The notes under the pieces: generated by a model
The model's database searches: none
What the model was told of the DNA's origin: nothing
The model's input: the letters and a program-made list of their open reading frames with translations, nothing else
Assembly (NCBI GenBank): GCA_965219415.1
Contig: CBDCNP010000002.1
Span: 5,056,001 to 5,120,000, forward strand
DNA from: Candidatus Marinacidobacterales bacterium
GTDB taxonomy: Bacteria > Acidobacteriota > Vicinamibacteria > Marinacidobacterales > DATDRI01
Length of the DNA stretch: 64,000 nt
Direction: 5' to 3'
In this document: positions 1-9,194 of the stretch, piece after piece
Layout of the letters: every line of letters starts with the position of its first letter
Position numbering within the stretch: the stretch's first letter is position 1
Made by a program: the position numbers and the translations under genes

Positions 1-1888
1 CGAGGCATTCTGGCGAAAGCGAGACCCCAATCGGGCGACGCCAGAGAACGAGTTCAAGGTAGAGCACTATGAGCGCATAGACCACGCCAATAAATTCCTG
101 GGGCGGGAAACGTCTCGCAAGGGATGGCGAACCGATCGCGGAAGAATGCACATCATTCTGGGAGAGCCGCTAGAAATCCAGACGTTCGACGGCTATCAAA
201 ACCTCGTGAGCCAGCACCTTTGGTTTTACAGCGGCGAGCCGGCCAAGGCATTGCCGCCTTTCTTCTATCTCCTGTTTTACAAACGTCAGGACACTGGCGA
301 GTTCAGGCTCTACAGTCCGCTCGGCGACGGGCCGGCTCGGCTGACCATAGGATTGATTGGCGGTAGCAACGATCCGATTGAAGCCATCTCCCTCCTCCGA
401 GACGCCTCGCCGGAGCTAGCGCGGGCCTCCCTCTCGCTGGACGCGGGCGATACGGTGGACATGCGGAATGGCCGTCCTTCCTTGGGCAGCGAAATCGTGA
501 TGGCGAGGATCTATGAGTCTCCCAAGCGCGCCGTCCGTCCCGACTATGCCGATGCCTGGATGACCTATCGCGATCGGGTCTCCGCCGAATACTCCTTCAA
601 CTACGTACCTAACCGGAGCTATTTCGCCGTGCTCAATGGGCCGGATGAGACGCCTTTCGTGAGCTATGCCGTCGAGCTCGATCCGCAGAACTTCAGCATG
701 GAGACCGATGAGGACGAAACAAAGTTCTACACGACGCTCGACGTCAGTGTAGAGGCTCGGAGCAAGGATGGGGTTGTCGTTCTCGCCAACGACAAGGAGG
801 ACTATCTCGAGTTGAGACCAGGACAGTTTCAGAACGCCCGAGCCACTCCATTGTCCTATCAATCCAATTTCCCTTTGCTCCCGGGCGAGTATGACGTGAG
901 TATCATTCTGAGAAATCGCGTCGGGAAGCGGTACACCGTCGCCGAAACCGAGCTGACCGTGCGTTCGCCTTCCGCCGACGAGCCCGCGCTCAGCGATGCG
1001 ATTCTGGGTTACACGGTCGATGAGCTTCAAAAGACCGGTGCTGCGCCCGGCGAGATTCGCACCTTCCAACTCGGCAACTCCCGAGTGCAGCCCGCCGCGG
1101 ACGGCATCTTTTCGTTAGGTGAAACCATCCACGTGTTCCTCCGGGTCGACGGGGCTAGCAACGACTCTCAGCTTCACTTCGCGCTGATGAACGGAGAGGA
1201 AGTGGTACAGGAGAAAACGACGGCCCTGAGCATCTACCTGGGAGGCCCAGTCATCGAACGGTTTCCGCTTCGGGGTATGGTGGGGGGGCGTTACACCGTG
1301 CGGGTTCGTCTCCTGGATGCATCGGGCGCGGTGCTGGCGGAGCGCAACGCCCGCGCCCAAGTATCTCCTCGGGAGAACATCATCCGACCCTGGGTACGAC
1401 GAATCAGTTTCAACACAACGACCCCCGGGTTACTCGCCGTCGCGCGGGGGCAACAACTCCATGCCTACCGGCGAATCCCCGAAGCGAAAGTCGAGTTCGA
1501 AAAGGCGATCGCGGCCGACGAAAGCGGCGATCTTCCGATGGCGCGTATGCGCTTGGCTTGGATCTCGTTACAGACCGGTGATTCAACGCGCGGGCTCGAG
1601 CTTTTGGCTCCGATGGAGGAGAAGTTTCCCAACCGATACGAGGTGGTCGCGGGGCTGGGCCTTGGCTACGGTCTTCAGGGCGATTGCTCGAAGAGCGTTC
1701 AGTACCTCGAACGTGCCATGACGATTCGCAAGCCCGACACCGCGGTGCTGAACATCGCGGGCGACTGCTATATGCGAATGGGAGACAGGGAAAGAGCCAT
1801 ACAGGCGTTTGAGCGTTCACTGGATTTGAACGCCGAGCAGGCCAAGGTCAAAGAAGTGTTGACTTCCCTTCAAGGCAACGACGACTGA
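1..1888 (+). CDS. GWxTD domain protein with C-terminal TPRs (5'-partial)
   Basis: Frame open from base 2; reads FWRKRDPN..ENEF..EHYERIDHAN..GWRTDRGRMHIILG (GWxTD motif); TPR-like helices at the C-terminus. Confidence 0.85.
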   Translation, partial: EAFWRKRDPNRATPENEFKVEHYERIDHANKFLGRETSRKGWRTDRGRMHIILGEPLEIQTFDGYQNLVSQHLWFYSGEPAKALPPFFYLLFYKRQDTGEFRLYSPLGDGPARLTIGLIGGSNDPIEAISLLRDASPELARASLSLDAGDTVDMRNGRPSLGSEIVMARIYESPKRAVRPDYADAWMTYRDRVSAEYSFNYVPNRSYFAVLNGPDETPFVSYAVELDPQNFSMETDEDETKFYTTLDVSVEARSKDGVVVLANDKEDYLELRPGQFQNARATPLSYQSNFPLLPGEYDVSIILRNRVGKRYTVAETELTVRSPSADEPALSDAILGYTVDELQKTGAAPGEIRTFQLGNSRVQPAADGIFSLGETIHVFLRVDGASNDSQLHFALMNGEEVVQEKTTALSIYLGGPVIERFPLRGMVGGRYTVRVRLLDASGAVLAERNARAQVSPRENIIRPWVRRISFNTTTPGLLAVARGQQLHAYRRIPEAKVEFEKAIAADESGDLPMARMRLAWISLQTGDSTRGLELLAPMEEKFPNRYEVVAGLGLGYGLQGDCSKSVQYLERAMTIRKPDTAVLNIAGDCYMRMGDRERAIQAFERSLDLNAEQAKVKEVLTSLQGNDD

Positions 1889-1927
1889 TCCCGGGTCGCC
1901 CCACGATTCTATCCCGACTTCGAGGCG

Positions 1928-2350
1928 ATGGCCTTTACGAGCGTTCAGAAGATCCGATTCGATGACGTCGACGGCGCCGGCATCGTTTACTACCCACAGT
2001 TTTTTCACATCTGCCACGCCGCCTTCGAGGACTTTTTCGATACCGCAGCTCCCGTTTCCTATCCCGAGCTCGTGCGCCAACGGCGTCTAGGGTTTCCTAC
2101 CGTGGCCATCGAGAGTAGCTTCTCGGCGCCGCTCGTCTACGGTGACGTGGCGGTGGTAGAGCTGAGCGTCGAGCGAATCGGTCAGACCTCGGTCACCTTC
2201 GGCTATGTGATTCGTCGCAAGAGCGACGGAGCGCTGTGCTTTCGAGCCAGCATCACGACGGTGTTGGTGGGCATGGACAGCATGAAGCCCGTTCCGCTGG
2301 GCGACGAATACCGCTCCATCTTCGAACGCCTCCTTTCCTCGAAAGAATAG
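1928..2350 (+). CDS. 4HBT/YbgC-like acyl-CoA thioesterase
   Basis: IRFDDVDGAGIVYYPQFF hotdog-fold motif, 140 aa. Confidence 0.85.
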   Translation: MAFTSVQKIRFDDVDGAGIVYYPQFFHICHAAFEDFFDTAAPVSYPELVRQRRLGFPTVAIESSFSAPLVYGDVAVVELSVERIGQTSVTFGYVIRRKSDGALCFRASITTVLVGMDSMKPVPLGDEYRSIFERLLSSKE

Positions 2351-2563
2351 AGCCGACGTCCGGAGCCACGAAACTATTCGGGCTCCATCCTCGTATATCT
2401 GAGTGAAGACGGCGGGACTCAAACATGAGGGGATACCAGTTAACACCTTTGAATAGCCCAGTTATGGCAGGGATCCTCCCAACACCTGAGTTCCACGCCG
2501 TCGGACCGGGGCTTTTGGGGGGCAGCCCGGCGCAAAGAAAGACTATTCCAATGGAGTTGAACG

Positions 2564-3382
2564 ATGCCCAATGCGCTCATCCTTAGTCTCTCCCTAGCCG
2601 CCGCTCTCGTAGCGGCATCACCCGACCGGCAACCCTTTGGGCTCCCGCTCCAAGGAGAGGCGGCGGAACAATTTCTCGCGACCGCCCGCATTGTCCGTAT
2701 GAAGCCAGTGGGGGTCGGGATCACCAATCCTTACAAGGTGTACCTGACGGACGGAAGCCGGACGATCAAGGCTATCTGGAAGACGGTAGACGAGCACCGC
2801 CAGGAGCTCTCGCGGTCCGAGAAGGGCGGCTTTCAGTTCGGTTTTTGCGATTCTTACAAATACGAGATCGCCGCGTACGAATTGGACAAGCTTCTGGGTC
2901 TCGACCTAGTCCCTCCCACCGTGGAGCGGACCATCGACAACAAGACCGGTTCTCTTCAGCTTTGGGTGGAAGGGGCCTTCACCGAGCTCGACCGTAGAAA
3001 GCAGAAACTGCTTCCCAAGGACGGTGGCCGATGGGGGACCGAGATGTACAAAGTAAATCTTCTGAACCAGCTCATCTACAACACGGATACGAAAAACGCG
3101 CGGAACATTCTCTTCGATCCCGATTTTCGAGTCTACGCTATCGACAACTCCCGGAGCTTCCGTCTCTATAAGGAGCTTCCGGCGGCCGAAGAGCTCCGCC
3201 GCATTTCCCGCTCGGTGATTGCACGACTCCGGGAGCTGGATCAGGAAACAACGGAAAGCCGTCTCGGGCGTTGGCTCCAAGACAGCGAGATATCCGCCCT
3301 GTTGAAGCGGTGCACCTTGGTTTTGGAGCACGCCGATAGTTTGATCGCAGAGCAAGGAGAGGCGGTGGTTCTCTACGAGTGA
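2564..3382 (+). CDS. Secreted protein with atypical kinase-like fold
   Basis: Signal peptide; EIAAYELDKLLG..VPPTVER..GSLQLW..LIYNTD..NIL..AIDNSRSF resembles PI3/4-kinase-like motifs. Confidence 0.55.
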   Translation: MPNALILSLSLAAALVAASPDRQPFGLPLQGEAAEQFLATARIVRMKPVGVGITNPYKVYLTDGSRTIKAIWKTVDEHRQELSRSEKGGFQFGFCDSYKYEIAAYELDKLLGLDLVPPTVERTIDNKTGSLQLWVEGAFTELDRRKQKLLPKDGGRWGTEMYKVNLLNQLIYNTDTKNARNILFDPDFRVYAIDNSRSFRLYKELPAAEELRRISRSVIARLRELDQETTESRLGRWLQDSEISALLKRCTLVLEHADSLIAEQGEAVVLYE

Positions 3383-3387
3383 GGCTT

Positions 3388-4305
3388 CTATTTCCCCAGC
3401 TGGTCGAGAACCCCTTGGGCCTGCTGCGCCTCTTGGCTGCCCGGCGCAACCTCGATGACTTTCCTCAACTGCACAGCCGCCTCGTCTAACTTCCCGAGGT
3501 TCAGGTAGGCGAAACCGATCTTCATGTAGGGCTCCGGCCAATCGGGTTTTACGTCGGCGGCCTTCTGGTAAAACGTGATCGCCTTATCTGTCTGGCCGTT
3601 ATTGAAACACAGCTCGGCCACGTTGTAAGGCAAGGTTTCATCCTCCGGGCTTAGCTCCACTGCCTGCTCGAAGTAAGGGGTGGCTTCATCGAACTTCCCT
3701 TGTTTGGCTAGAGCGTCGCCGGCGTTCACCAAGGACACCACGTGTACCGGGTCTTCGTCCAACACGATCTGATACTCGGCCAACGCTTCTTCGAACTTGT
3801 CCTGACGTTTGTACACGTTTCCGATGTTGGCGTGGATTTGATAGAGGCCCGGGTCCTCCTCCAGAATCTGTAGGTACATCGCTAGGGCCTCGTCGTAGCT
3901 CTCCTGATGATAGAGCTCGTTGGCCTCGGTCAAGAGGTCGCCGGTCTTGTCGCTGCGAGCGGCTCCTCTCCGCATCTTCTCCAGCGTTATCGTGATGGGT
4001 GGGTTCTTGGAAATTCCCTTGACCGACAGCGTGTCGGCCTGTGGCACATACCCTTCGGCGGTCACGGTGAACGTCCACCCTCCGCCACGGAAACCCATCA
4101 TGGCGAATTCACCGTCTTCATCGGCGGTGGCTTCGATTTGATGGCCACTGCCTTTGGTGGTGGCCACGATGAGTGCGCCGGGTATCGGATTGCCATCCAG
4201 GTCCGTGACCATGCCGGTGACTCGGCCGGTACCCATCTGCAAGGCTTCGCTGGTCCCGACGAAGGCCAAGCAAAGACACGCTACGAAGAGAATTCGTTTC
4301 TTCAT
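3388..4305 (-). CDS. Secreted carboxypeptidase-regulatory-like domain plus TPR protein
   Basis: Signal peptide MKKRILFV; GRVTGMVTDLDGNPIPGA domain; multiple TPRs. Confidence 0.8.
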   Translation of the reverse strand: MKKRILFVACLCLAFVGTSEALQMGTGRVTGMVTDLDGNPIPGALIVATTKGSGHQIEATADEDGEFAMMGFRGGGWTFTVTAEGYVPQADTLSVKGISKNPPITITLEKMRRGAARSDKTGDLLTEANELYHQESYDEALAMYLQILEEDPGLYQIHANIGNVYKRQDKFEEALAEYQIVLDEDPVHVVSLVNAGDALAKQGKFDEATPYFEQAVELSPEDETLPYNVAELCFNNGQTDKAITFYQKAADVKPDWPEPYMKIGFAYLNLGKLDEAAVQLRKVIEVAPGSQEAQQAQGVLDQLGK

Positions 4306-4441
4306 TTTGTCATCCCTCGATATTTCCTGGTCCGGCTCGATTATAGACCACAAGGTTTGCTAGGGCCATACCCCACCGCAAGTCCGAGGGGCGCCGGGAG
4401 GGCCTCGGGCTCGGCCGAACCAGGCGGCAGGCCGGAAGGTC

Positions 4442-4471
4442 TTGACAGGCCAGCACTTGCCGTGATAGCGT
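4442..4471 (+). promoter_or_regulatory. Possible sigma70 promoter for the DUF4388 gene
   Basis: TTGACA-18 bp-TAGCGT with an extended -10 TG, in the divergent intergenic region. Confidence 0.3.
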
Positions 4472-4540
4472 CGCCCCGAACGCAAAGTCGGCGCAAGCCC
4501 AACCGAACGGCCGCAACAAACCCGAGAGCGCTATCCGCGG

Positions 4541-5098
4541 ATGGATTTTCAGGGATCCCTGACCGAGTTCCAGCTGCCCGACATCGTCCAGTTCCTCAGC
4601 GGTGCTCGCAAGACCGGCGCCCTTAGGTTGGTGGAGGGCGACGAGACCGGAGAGATATATCTCGACAAGGGACGTATCGTTCACGCTCTACTTGGAGAGC
4701 AGGTGGGTGAGGAAGCGGTCTACGCCTTGGTGCTATGGAAGAGCGGCGAGTTCCTGTTCGAGCCGGGGATCGCGACTGACAAGACCACCGTCAACAAAGG
4801 CAACACCAATTTGTTGATCGAAGCCGCTCGCCGGAGAGACGAATGGGCGGTGATCTCCAAACAGATTCCTTCCGTGGATTGGATTCCCGAGTTCGTCGTT
4901 CCGGACGAGAATGAAACGGGAGGACAGATCAACCTGAACACCAGCGAATGGATCCTCCTTTCCAAGATCGACGGAACGCGTAGTTTGAAGGCGATAGCCG
5001 CGGCAGCGGACCTTTCGATCTTCCACACCGGCCGCTTACTTTACGGTCTCGTCTCTACCAAGCTTATCCGCCTCCGTAAGCCCGAAGAAAAGGCCTGA
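4541..5098 (+). CDS. DUF4388 (PATAN-like) domain protein
   Basis: FQGSLTEFQLPDIVQFL..KTGAL..GEIYLDKGRIVHA..GEEAVY..W..GEF signature. Confidence 0.8.
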   Translation: MDFQGSLTEFQLPDIVQFLSGARKTGALRLVEGDETGEIYLDKGRIVHALLGEQVGEEAVYALVLWKSGEFLFEPGIATDKTTVNKGNTNLLIEAARRRDEWAVISKQIPSVDWIPEFVVPDENETGGQINLNTSEWILLSKIDGTRSLKAIAAAADLSIFHTGRLLYGLVSTKLIRLRKPEEKA

Positions 5099-5163
5099 AT
5101 CCGCTCTCGTTGTGGGGTTTCGGGGAGTGGTGAGGTGCAGGAGATCTTGAATAGAATGGTGCA

Positions 5164-6057
5164 ATGGCCGACCGAAAGAAACGACTCGCGGGAAACGTCG
5201 TCGGCCCTTGGTTTGTCGATTCTTCGTGCATCGACTGCGACGCTTGCCGGCAGTTGGCACCTGAAGTGTTCTCCGACGGACCCGGACATGCCTTAGTCGC
5301 GCGACAGCCCGTCGTCGCCGACGCCCCCAATGCGCCCATCGCGCCCATCCCTCATGACCGGCTCGGTGCCCTCCGCGCGATGATTGCGTGCCCGGTAGGC
5401 GCCATCGGAGGAGACGCATCCAGCCCGATGCCTTCCGGGCTGTTCCCGATGCTCCTCGAAGACGGTGTCTTCTATTGCGGCTACAACTCGGAGGACTCCT
5501 ACGGAGCCAATAGTTTCTTCGTCGAGCGCCCCGAAGGGAACATCCTCGTCGACTCACCGCGATGGGCGAAGCTCCTAGTTCGTGAGATCGAAAAACGAGG
5601 CGGCATCTCAGACATCTTGCTAACCCATCAAGACGACGTGGCAGACGCCGAGCGCTACCACGAGCATTTCGAAGCCCGGGTGTGGATTCACGAGGCGGAG
5701 CGCCGCGCCGCACCTTACGCGACCCACCTACTCGAGGGTGAAGCGCCGAAGGAGATCCGGCCGGGTCTATTTGCAATCCCGGTTCCCGGTCACACGCGGG
5801 GAAGCACCATGTTTCTCTTGGAGGAGAAGTTTCTCTTCAGCGGCGACTCACTCTATTGGAGCAGAAAGCGGGGCGGCTTGGCTGCTTCGAAGAACTACTG
5901 TTGGTATTCGTGGGACAAGCAAGTGGAATCGCTGATCCGGCTGGCAGACTATCGCTTCGAGTGGGTGCTCGCCGGGCACGGAGAACGCATTCGTTTATCG
6001 CCCGATGAGGCGCGCCAGGGCCTGCTGGCCCTAACGAGTCAGTTCTCTCGCGCATGA
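5164..6057 (+). CDS. Ferredoxin-fused metallo-beta-lactamase-fold hydrolase
   Basis: CIDCDAC..CPVGAI Fe-S motif; THQDD, PGHTRG, SGD, GHG MBL motifs. Confidence 0.85.
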   Translation: MADRKKRLAGNVVGPWFVDSSCIDCDACRQLAPEVFSDGPGHALVARQPVVADAPNAPIAPIPHDRLGALRAMIACPVGAIGGDASSPMPSGLFPMLLEDGVFYCGYNSEDSYGANSFFVERPEGNILVDSPRWAKLLVREIEKRGGISDILLTHQDDVADAERYHEHFEARVWIHEAERRAAPYATHLLEGEAPKEIRPGLFAIPVPGHTRGSTMFLLEEKFLFSGDSLYWSRKRGGLAASKNYCWYSWDKQVESLIRLADYRFEWVLAGHGERIRLSPDEARQGLLALTSQFSRA

Positions 6058-7229
6058 ATTTTCGCGCTCTATTCGCTCTTGCCACCGCTCACTTTCTTGG
6101 AGATTCCTACGCCAGTTTCCTGGCCCCTCTGCTCCCGGCGCTGATCATTCGACACGGCCTGGATCTAAGGGGGGCGGGGCTTCTGGTCGCGGTTTTGTCG
6201 ACGGCCGGACATCTGATGCAGCCCGCTTGGGGGGTTCTCGCGGACCGTTGGCCGGGTCGCCGCTTCGCGATCGCGGGGCCGCTCTTGATGGCGATCTGCA
6301 TCAGTACCATTGGCCTGGCTCCGAACTTGACGATTCTCGTTCTGGCGCTGGCCGTTGGTGGTAGTGGGATGGCGGCCTTTCATCCCGAAGCCGCATCCTT
6401 GGCCCGCCAGTCGAGCGGCTCCCGCCCGGCGCTCGGCATGTCGCTCTTTATTTCGGGAGGGAACCTGGGCTTCGCTCTGGGCCCGGTGGTCGTAACCGGT
6501 TTGGTCGCCGCCTTTGGTCTAGGCGGAACCATCTGGGGGATGATACCGGGCGTGGTCGGCGCCCTTGTTTTGCTCAAGCTCGTGCCGGCTCCCAAGAAGG
6601 CCGTGGCGAAACCCATCGCCGACGCGATTCCCGCGACGCCTTCTCCTCTCACGATGAGACCACTCGTGAACCTCGTGAACCTCTGGGCGATTTCCATCTT
6701 GCGCGGCCTCGTTACGGTGAGCTTCCTGACGTTCTTGCCGATTCTCTTTGCGGGTAGGGGATTGAGCCTGACTCTCGGCGGACAGCTGGTCACGCTGTTC
6801 CTCCTTGCGGGAGCGATCGGAGGCGTGCTGGGAGGATTTGCCGCCGAGCGCTTCGGAAGCAAACGCATGATGGGCACGACTCTCGCGCTGGTAACGCCGG
6901 TTCTCCTATATGCGATCTGGACAAGCGGCGTCGTGCAAGGAGCGGCCCTGCTGGTGGGCGGCATTTTGTTGGTCGCTTCCCATCCGGTGAACGTCAGTTT
7001 CGCTCAGTCCCTCGCTCCTCATCGAGCCGGCACGGCGGCGGCGTTCATGATCGGTGTGGCGATGGGGGTTTCAGGCCTTCTCATGCCGGTGGTCGGGGCT
7101 GCCGCAGACGTGTACGGCGTCGAAGAGGCTCTTACGGTTTTGGCGTTCGGTCCGTTTTTCGGCTCCATCCTCGTCCTACCGCTTCCCTCGGCGGTGCTTC
7201 GGAAAACCAGCATATCGGCGCTTCCGTAG
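6054..7229 (+). CDS. MFS transporter (Fsr-like)
   Basis: About 12 hydrophobic segments; QPAWGVLADR, AAFHP, GGNLGFALGP motifs. Confidence 0.85.
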   Translation: MNFRALFALATAHFLGDSYASFLAPLLPALIIRHGLDLRGAGLLVAVLSTAGHLMQPAWGVLADRWPGRRFAIAGPLLMAICISTIGLAPNLTILVLALAVGGSGMAAFHPEAASLARQSSGSRPALGMSLFISGGNLGFALGPVVVTGLVAAFGLGGTIWGMIPGVVGALVLLKLVPAPKKAVAKPIADAIPATPSPLTMRPLVNLVNLWAISILRGLVTVSFLTFLPILFAGRGLSLTLGGQLVTLFLLAGAIGGVLGGFAAERFGSKRMMGTTLALVTPVLLYAIWTSGVVQGAALLVGGILLVASHPVNVSFAQSLAPHRAGTAAAFMIGVAMGVSGLLMPVVGAAADVYGVEEALTVLAFGPFFGSILVLPLPSAVLRKTSISALP

Positions 7230-7263
7230 TTGGCTTGAGATATGATCTGTTTCGGGAGGTAAA

Positions 7264-8301
7264 GTGAATAACCGATTTATCGATGCGTGCCGGCGCCTGC
7301 CGGTGGATGCAACGCCGGTATGGTACATGAGGCAAGCCGGACGCTACATGGCGGAGTACCGGGAACTCCGTACCAAGCACGCGCTTCTCGAAATCTGTCA
7401 CACCCCGGAGCTCGCGGTAACCGTCACGCTGCAGCCCTTGGCCCGCCTGAACGTGGATGCGGCGATCTTGTTCTCCGATCTTCTCATTCCTCTCAAACCA
7501 ATGGGCATCGATTTCGACTTCGTGAAAGGTGAGGGACCTCAGATCGATAATCCGATACGGGGTAGGGAAGACGTGGACAGGCTTCGTGAGTTCGAGCCAC
7601 GAGAGGAGCTCGGGTTTACGATGGACGCGATTCGCATGCTCCGTCAAGAGCTCGACGGAAAAGTCCCACTGATCGGATTCGCCGGCGCTCCCTTTACGCT
7701 GGCCTCCTACTTAATAGAAGGAAGCTCTTCTCGCAATTTCGAGAAGACCAAGTCGCTGATGTACTCCGATCCCGAAAGCTGGCATGCGTTGGCTTCGAAG
7801 TTGGCCTCCATGGTTCAGAACTATCTCCTCGCACAGATCGAGGCGGGGGCCCAAGCCGTGCAAGTATTCGATTCCTGGGCCGGCGCCTTGTCACCCGAGG
7901 ACTATCGCGAGTTCGTGCTTCCCCACAGCAAGGCGGTCATAAACGGTCTAAAAAACGAGGAAGGACCGTCCGTCCCGGTGCTTCACTTCGCAACCGGGAG
8001 CACGGGATTGCTCCGCGTTCTTCGCCAGGCCGGCGGAGACGTCATCGGCCTAGACTGGAGGGTCGATCTCGACATGGGTTGGGACATCGTGGGGAGCGAT
8101 GTTGCGGTGCAAGGCAACCTAGATCCGGCGGTTCTCCTCGGTCCACCCGAGCTCGCCTTTCGGCGAGCCGATGACATCCTAGCCCGCGCTGGCTCACGCC
8201 CCGGCCACATCTTCAATCTCGGCCACGGAATTCTTCCCTCCACACCCGTCGAAACGGCGGCGGCGCTGATTGAACATGTTCATCAGAAGACCGCACGATG
8301 A
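7264..8301 (+). CDS. hemE: Uroporphyrinogen decarboxylase
   Basis: PVWYMRQAGRY, AILFSD, IGFAGAPFTLASY, FNLGHG. Confidence 0.95.
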   Translation: MNNRFIDACRRLPVDATPVWYMRQAGRYMAEYRELRTKHALLEICHTPELAVTVTLQPLARLNVDAAILFSDLLIPLKPMGIDFDFVKGEGPQIDNPIRGREDVDRLREFEPREELGFTMDAIRMLRQELDGKVPLIGFAGAPFTLASYLIEGSSSRNFEKTKSLMYSDPESWHALASKLASMVQNYLLAQIEAGAQAVQVFDSWAGALSPEDYREFVLPHSKAVINGLKNEEGPSVPVLHFATGSTGLLRVLRQAGGDVIGLDWRVDLDMGWDIVGSDVAVQGNLDPAVLLGPPELAFRRADDILARAGSRPGHIFNLGHGILPSTPVETAAALIEHVHQKTAR

Positions 8302-9194
8302 TCGCGGTCCTGATGATGGCGCATGGGACGCCGGAGTCGCTCGATCAGATGGAAGCGTATCTGACGCGTGTTCGAGGTGGCCGTCCACCATCCGCCGAGC
8401 TCTTGGAAGAAATGATCGGCAACTACGCCGCAATCGGGGGTCGGTCTCCGCTGACCGAGCTGACCCAAGCGCAGGCTCGAGCCGTCGAGTCGAAGCTGGG
8501 CGAACCGTTTCGCGTCTTCGTGGGAATGCGCAACTGGCGTCCCTATATTGAGGATGCGGCAAGGGAGATCGCTACCCAAGAGGCGGAGAAGTGCATCGGT
8601 ATACCCATGGCCCCTCAGTACTCGGAGTTGAGTGTCAAGAAGTACTTGGACGAGGCAAGACGGTTCGTCCCCGCCGAGGTTCCTCTGGAGCTGGTTCAGT
8701 CTTGGTACGACCATCCGGGCCTGCTGGACGCGTTCGCCGAGAAAGTGAATGTAGTGCAAGAAAGCTGGGGCGTCTCGGAGGAAGTGATCTTCACCGCGCA
8801 TAGTCTCCCCGAGCGAGTAAGAGATGTCCCGGGACCGGCGAGTCCGTCGTATCCCGTGCAGTTTCAGGAAACGGCCGAAGGGATCGCGCAACGGGTCGGG
8901 CTGAACCGCTTTCGCATCGCCTACCAGAGCGCGGGTCGGACTCCCGAGCCCTGGCTGGATCCGGAGCTATCACAAGTCCTGCAGGAGCTGGCCGAGCAGG
9001 GCACGAAGCGCGTGCTAGTTGTGCCCGTCGGTTTCGTGTGCGATCACACCGAGATCCTTTTCGATATCGATCAACGAGCCAAGGCATCGGCCGAGGAGCT
9101 GGGAATAGAGCTCGCGCGCACCGAGTCACTCAATACCTCCCCGCTTTTCATCGAGGCGGTGGCCGATATCATCCGCTCTCGTGTCGAGACGTGA
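8298..9194 (+). CDS. hemH: Ferrochelatase
   Basis: GGRSPL, FTAHSLP, YQSAG..WL.P, GFVCDHTEILFDID. Confidence 0.93.
   Translation: MIAVLMMAHGTPESLDQMEAYLTRVRGGRPPSAELLEEMIGNYAAIGGRSPLTELTQAQARAVESKLGEPFRVFVGMRNWRPYIEDAAREIATQEAEKCIGIPMAPQYSELSVKKYLDEARRFVPAEVPLELVQSWYDHPGLLDAFAEKVNVVQESWGVSEEVIFTAHSLPERVRDVPGPASPSYPVQFQETAEGIAQRVGLNRFRIAYQSAGRTPEPWLDPELSQVLQELAEQGTKRVLVVPVGFVCDHTEILFDIDQRAKASAEELGIELARTESLNTSPLFIEAVADIIRSRVET

Noticed and set aside
4410-4450. SRP RNA-like CAGGCCGGAAGG (similar motif near 49090)
   Set aside because: The AGCAG internal-loop partner is missing or misplaced and the flanking helix is not convincing.
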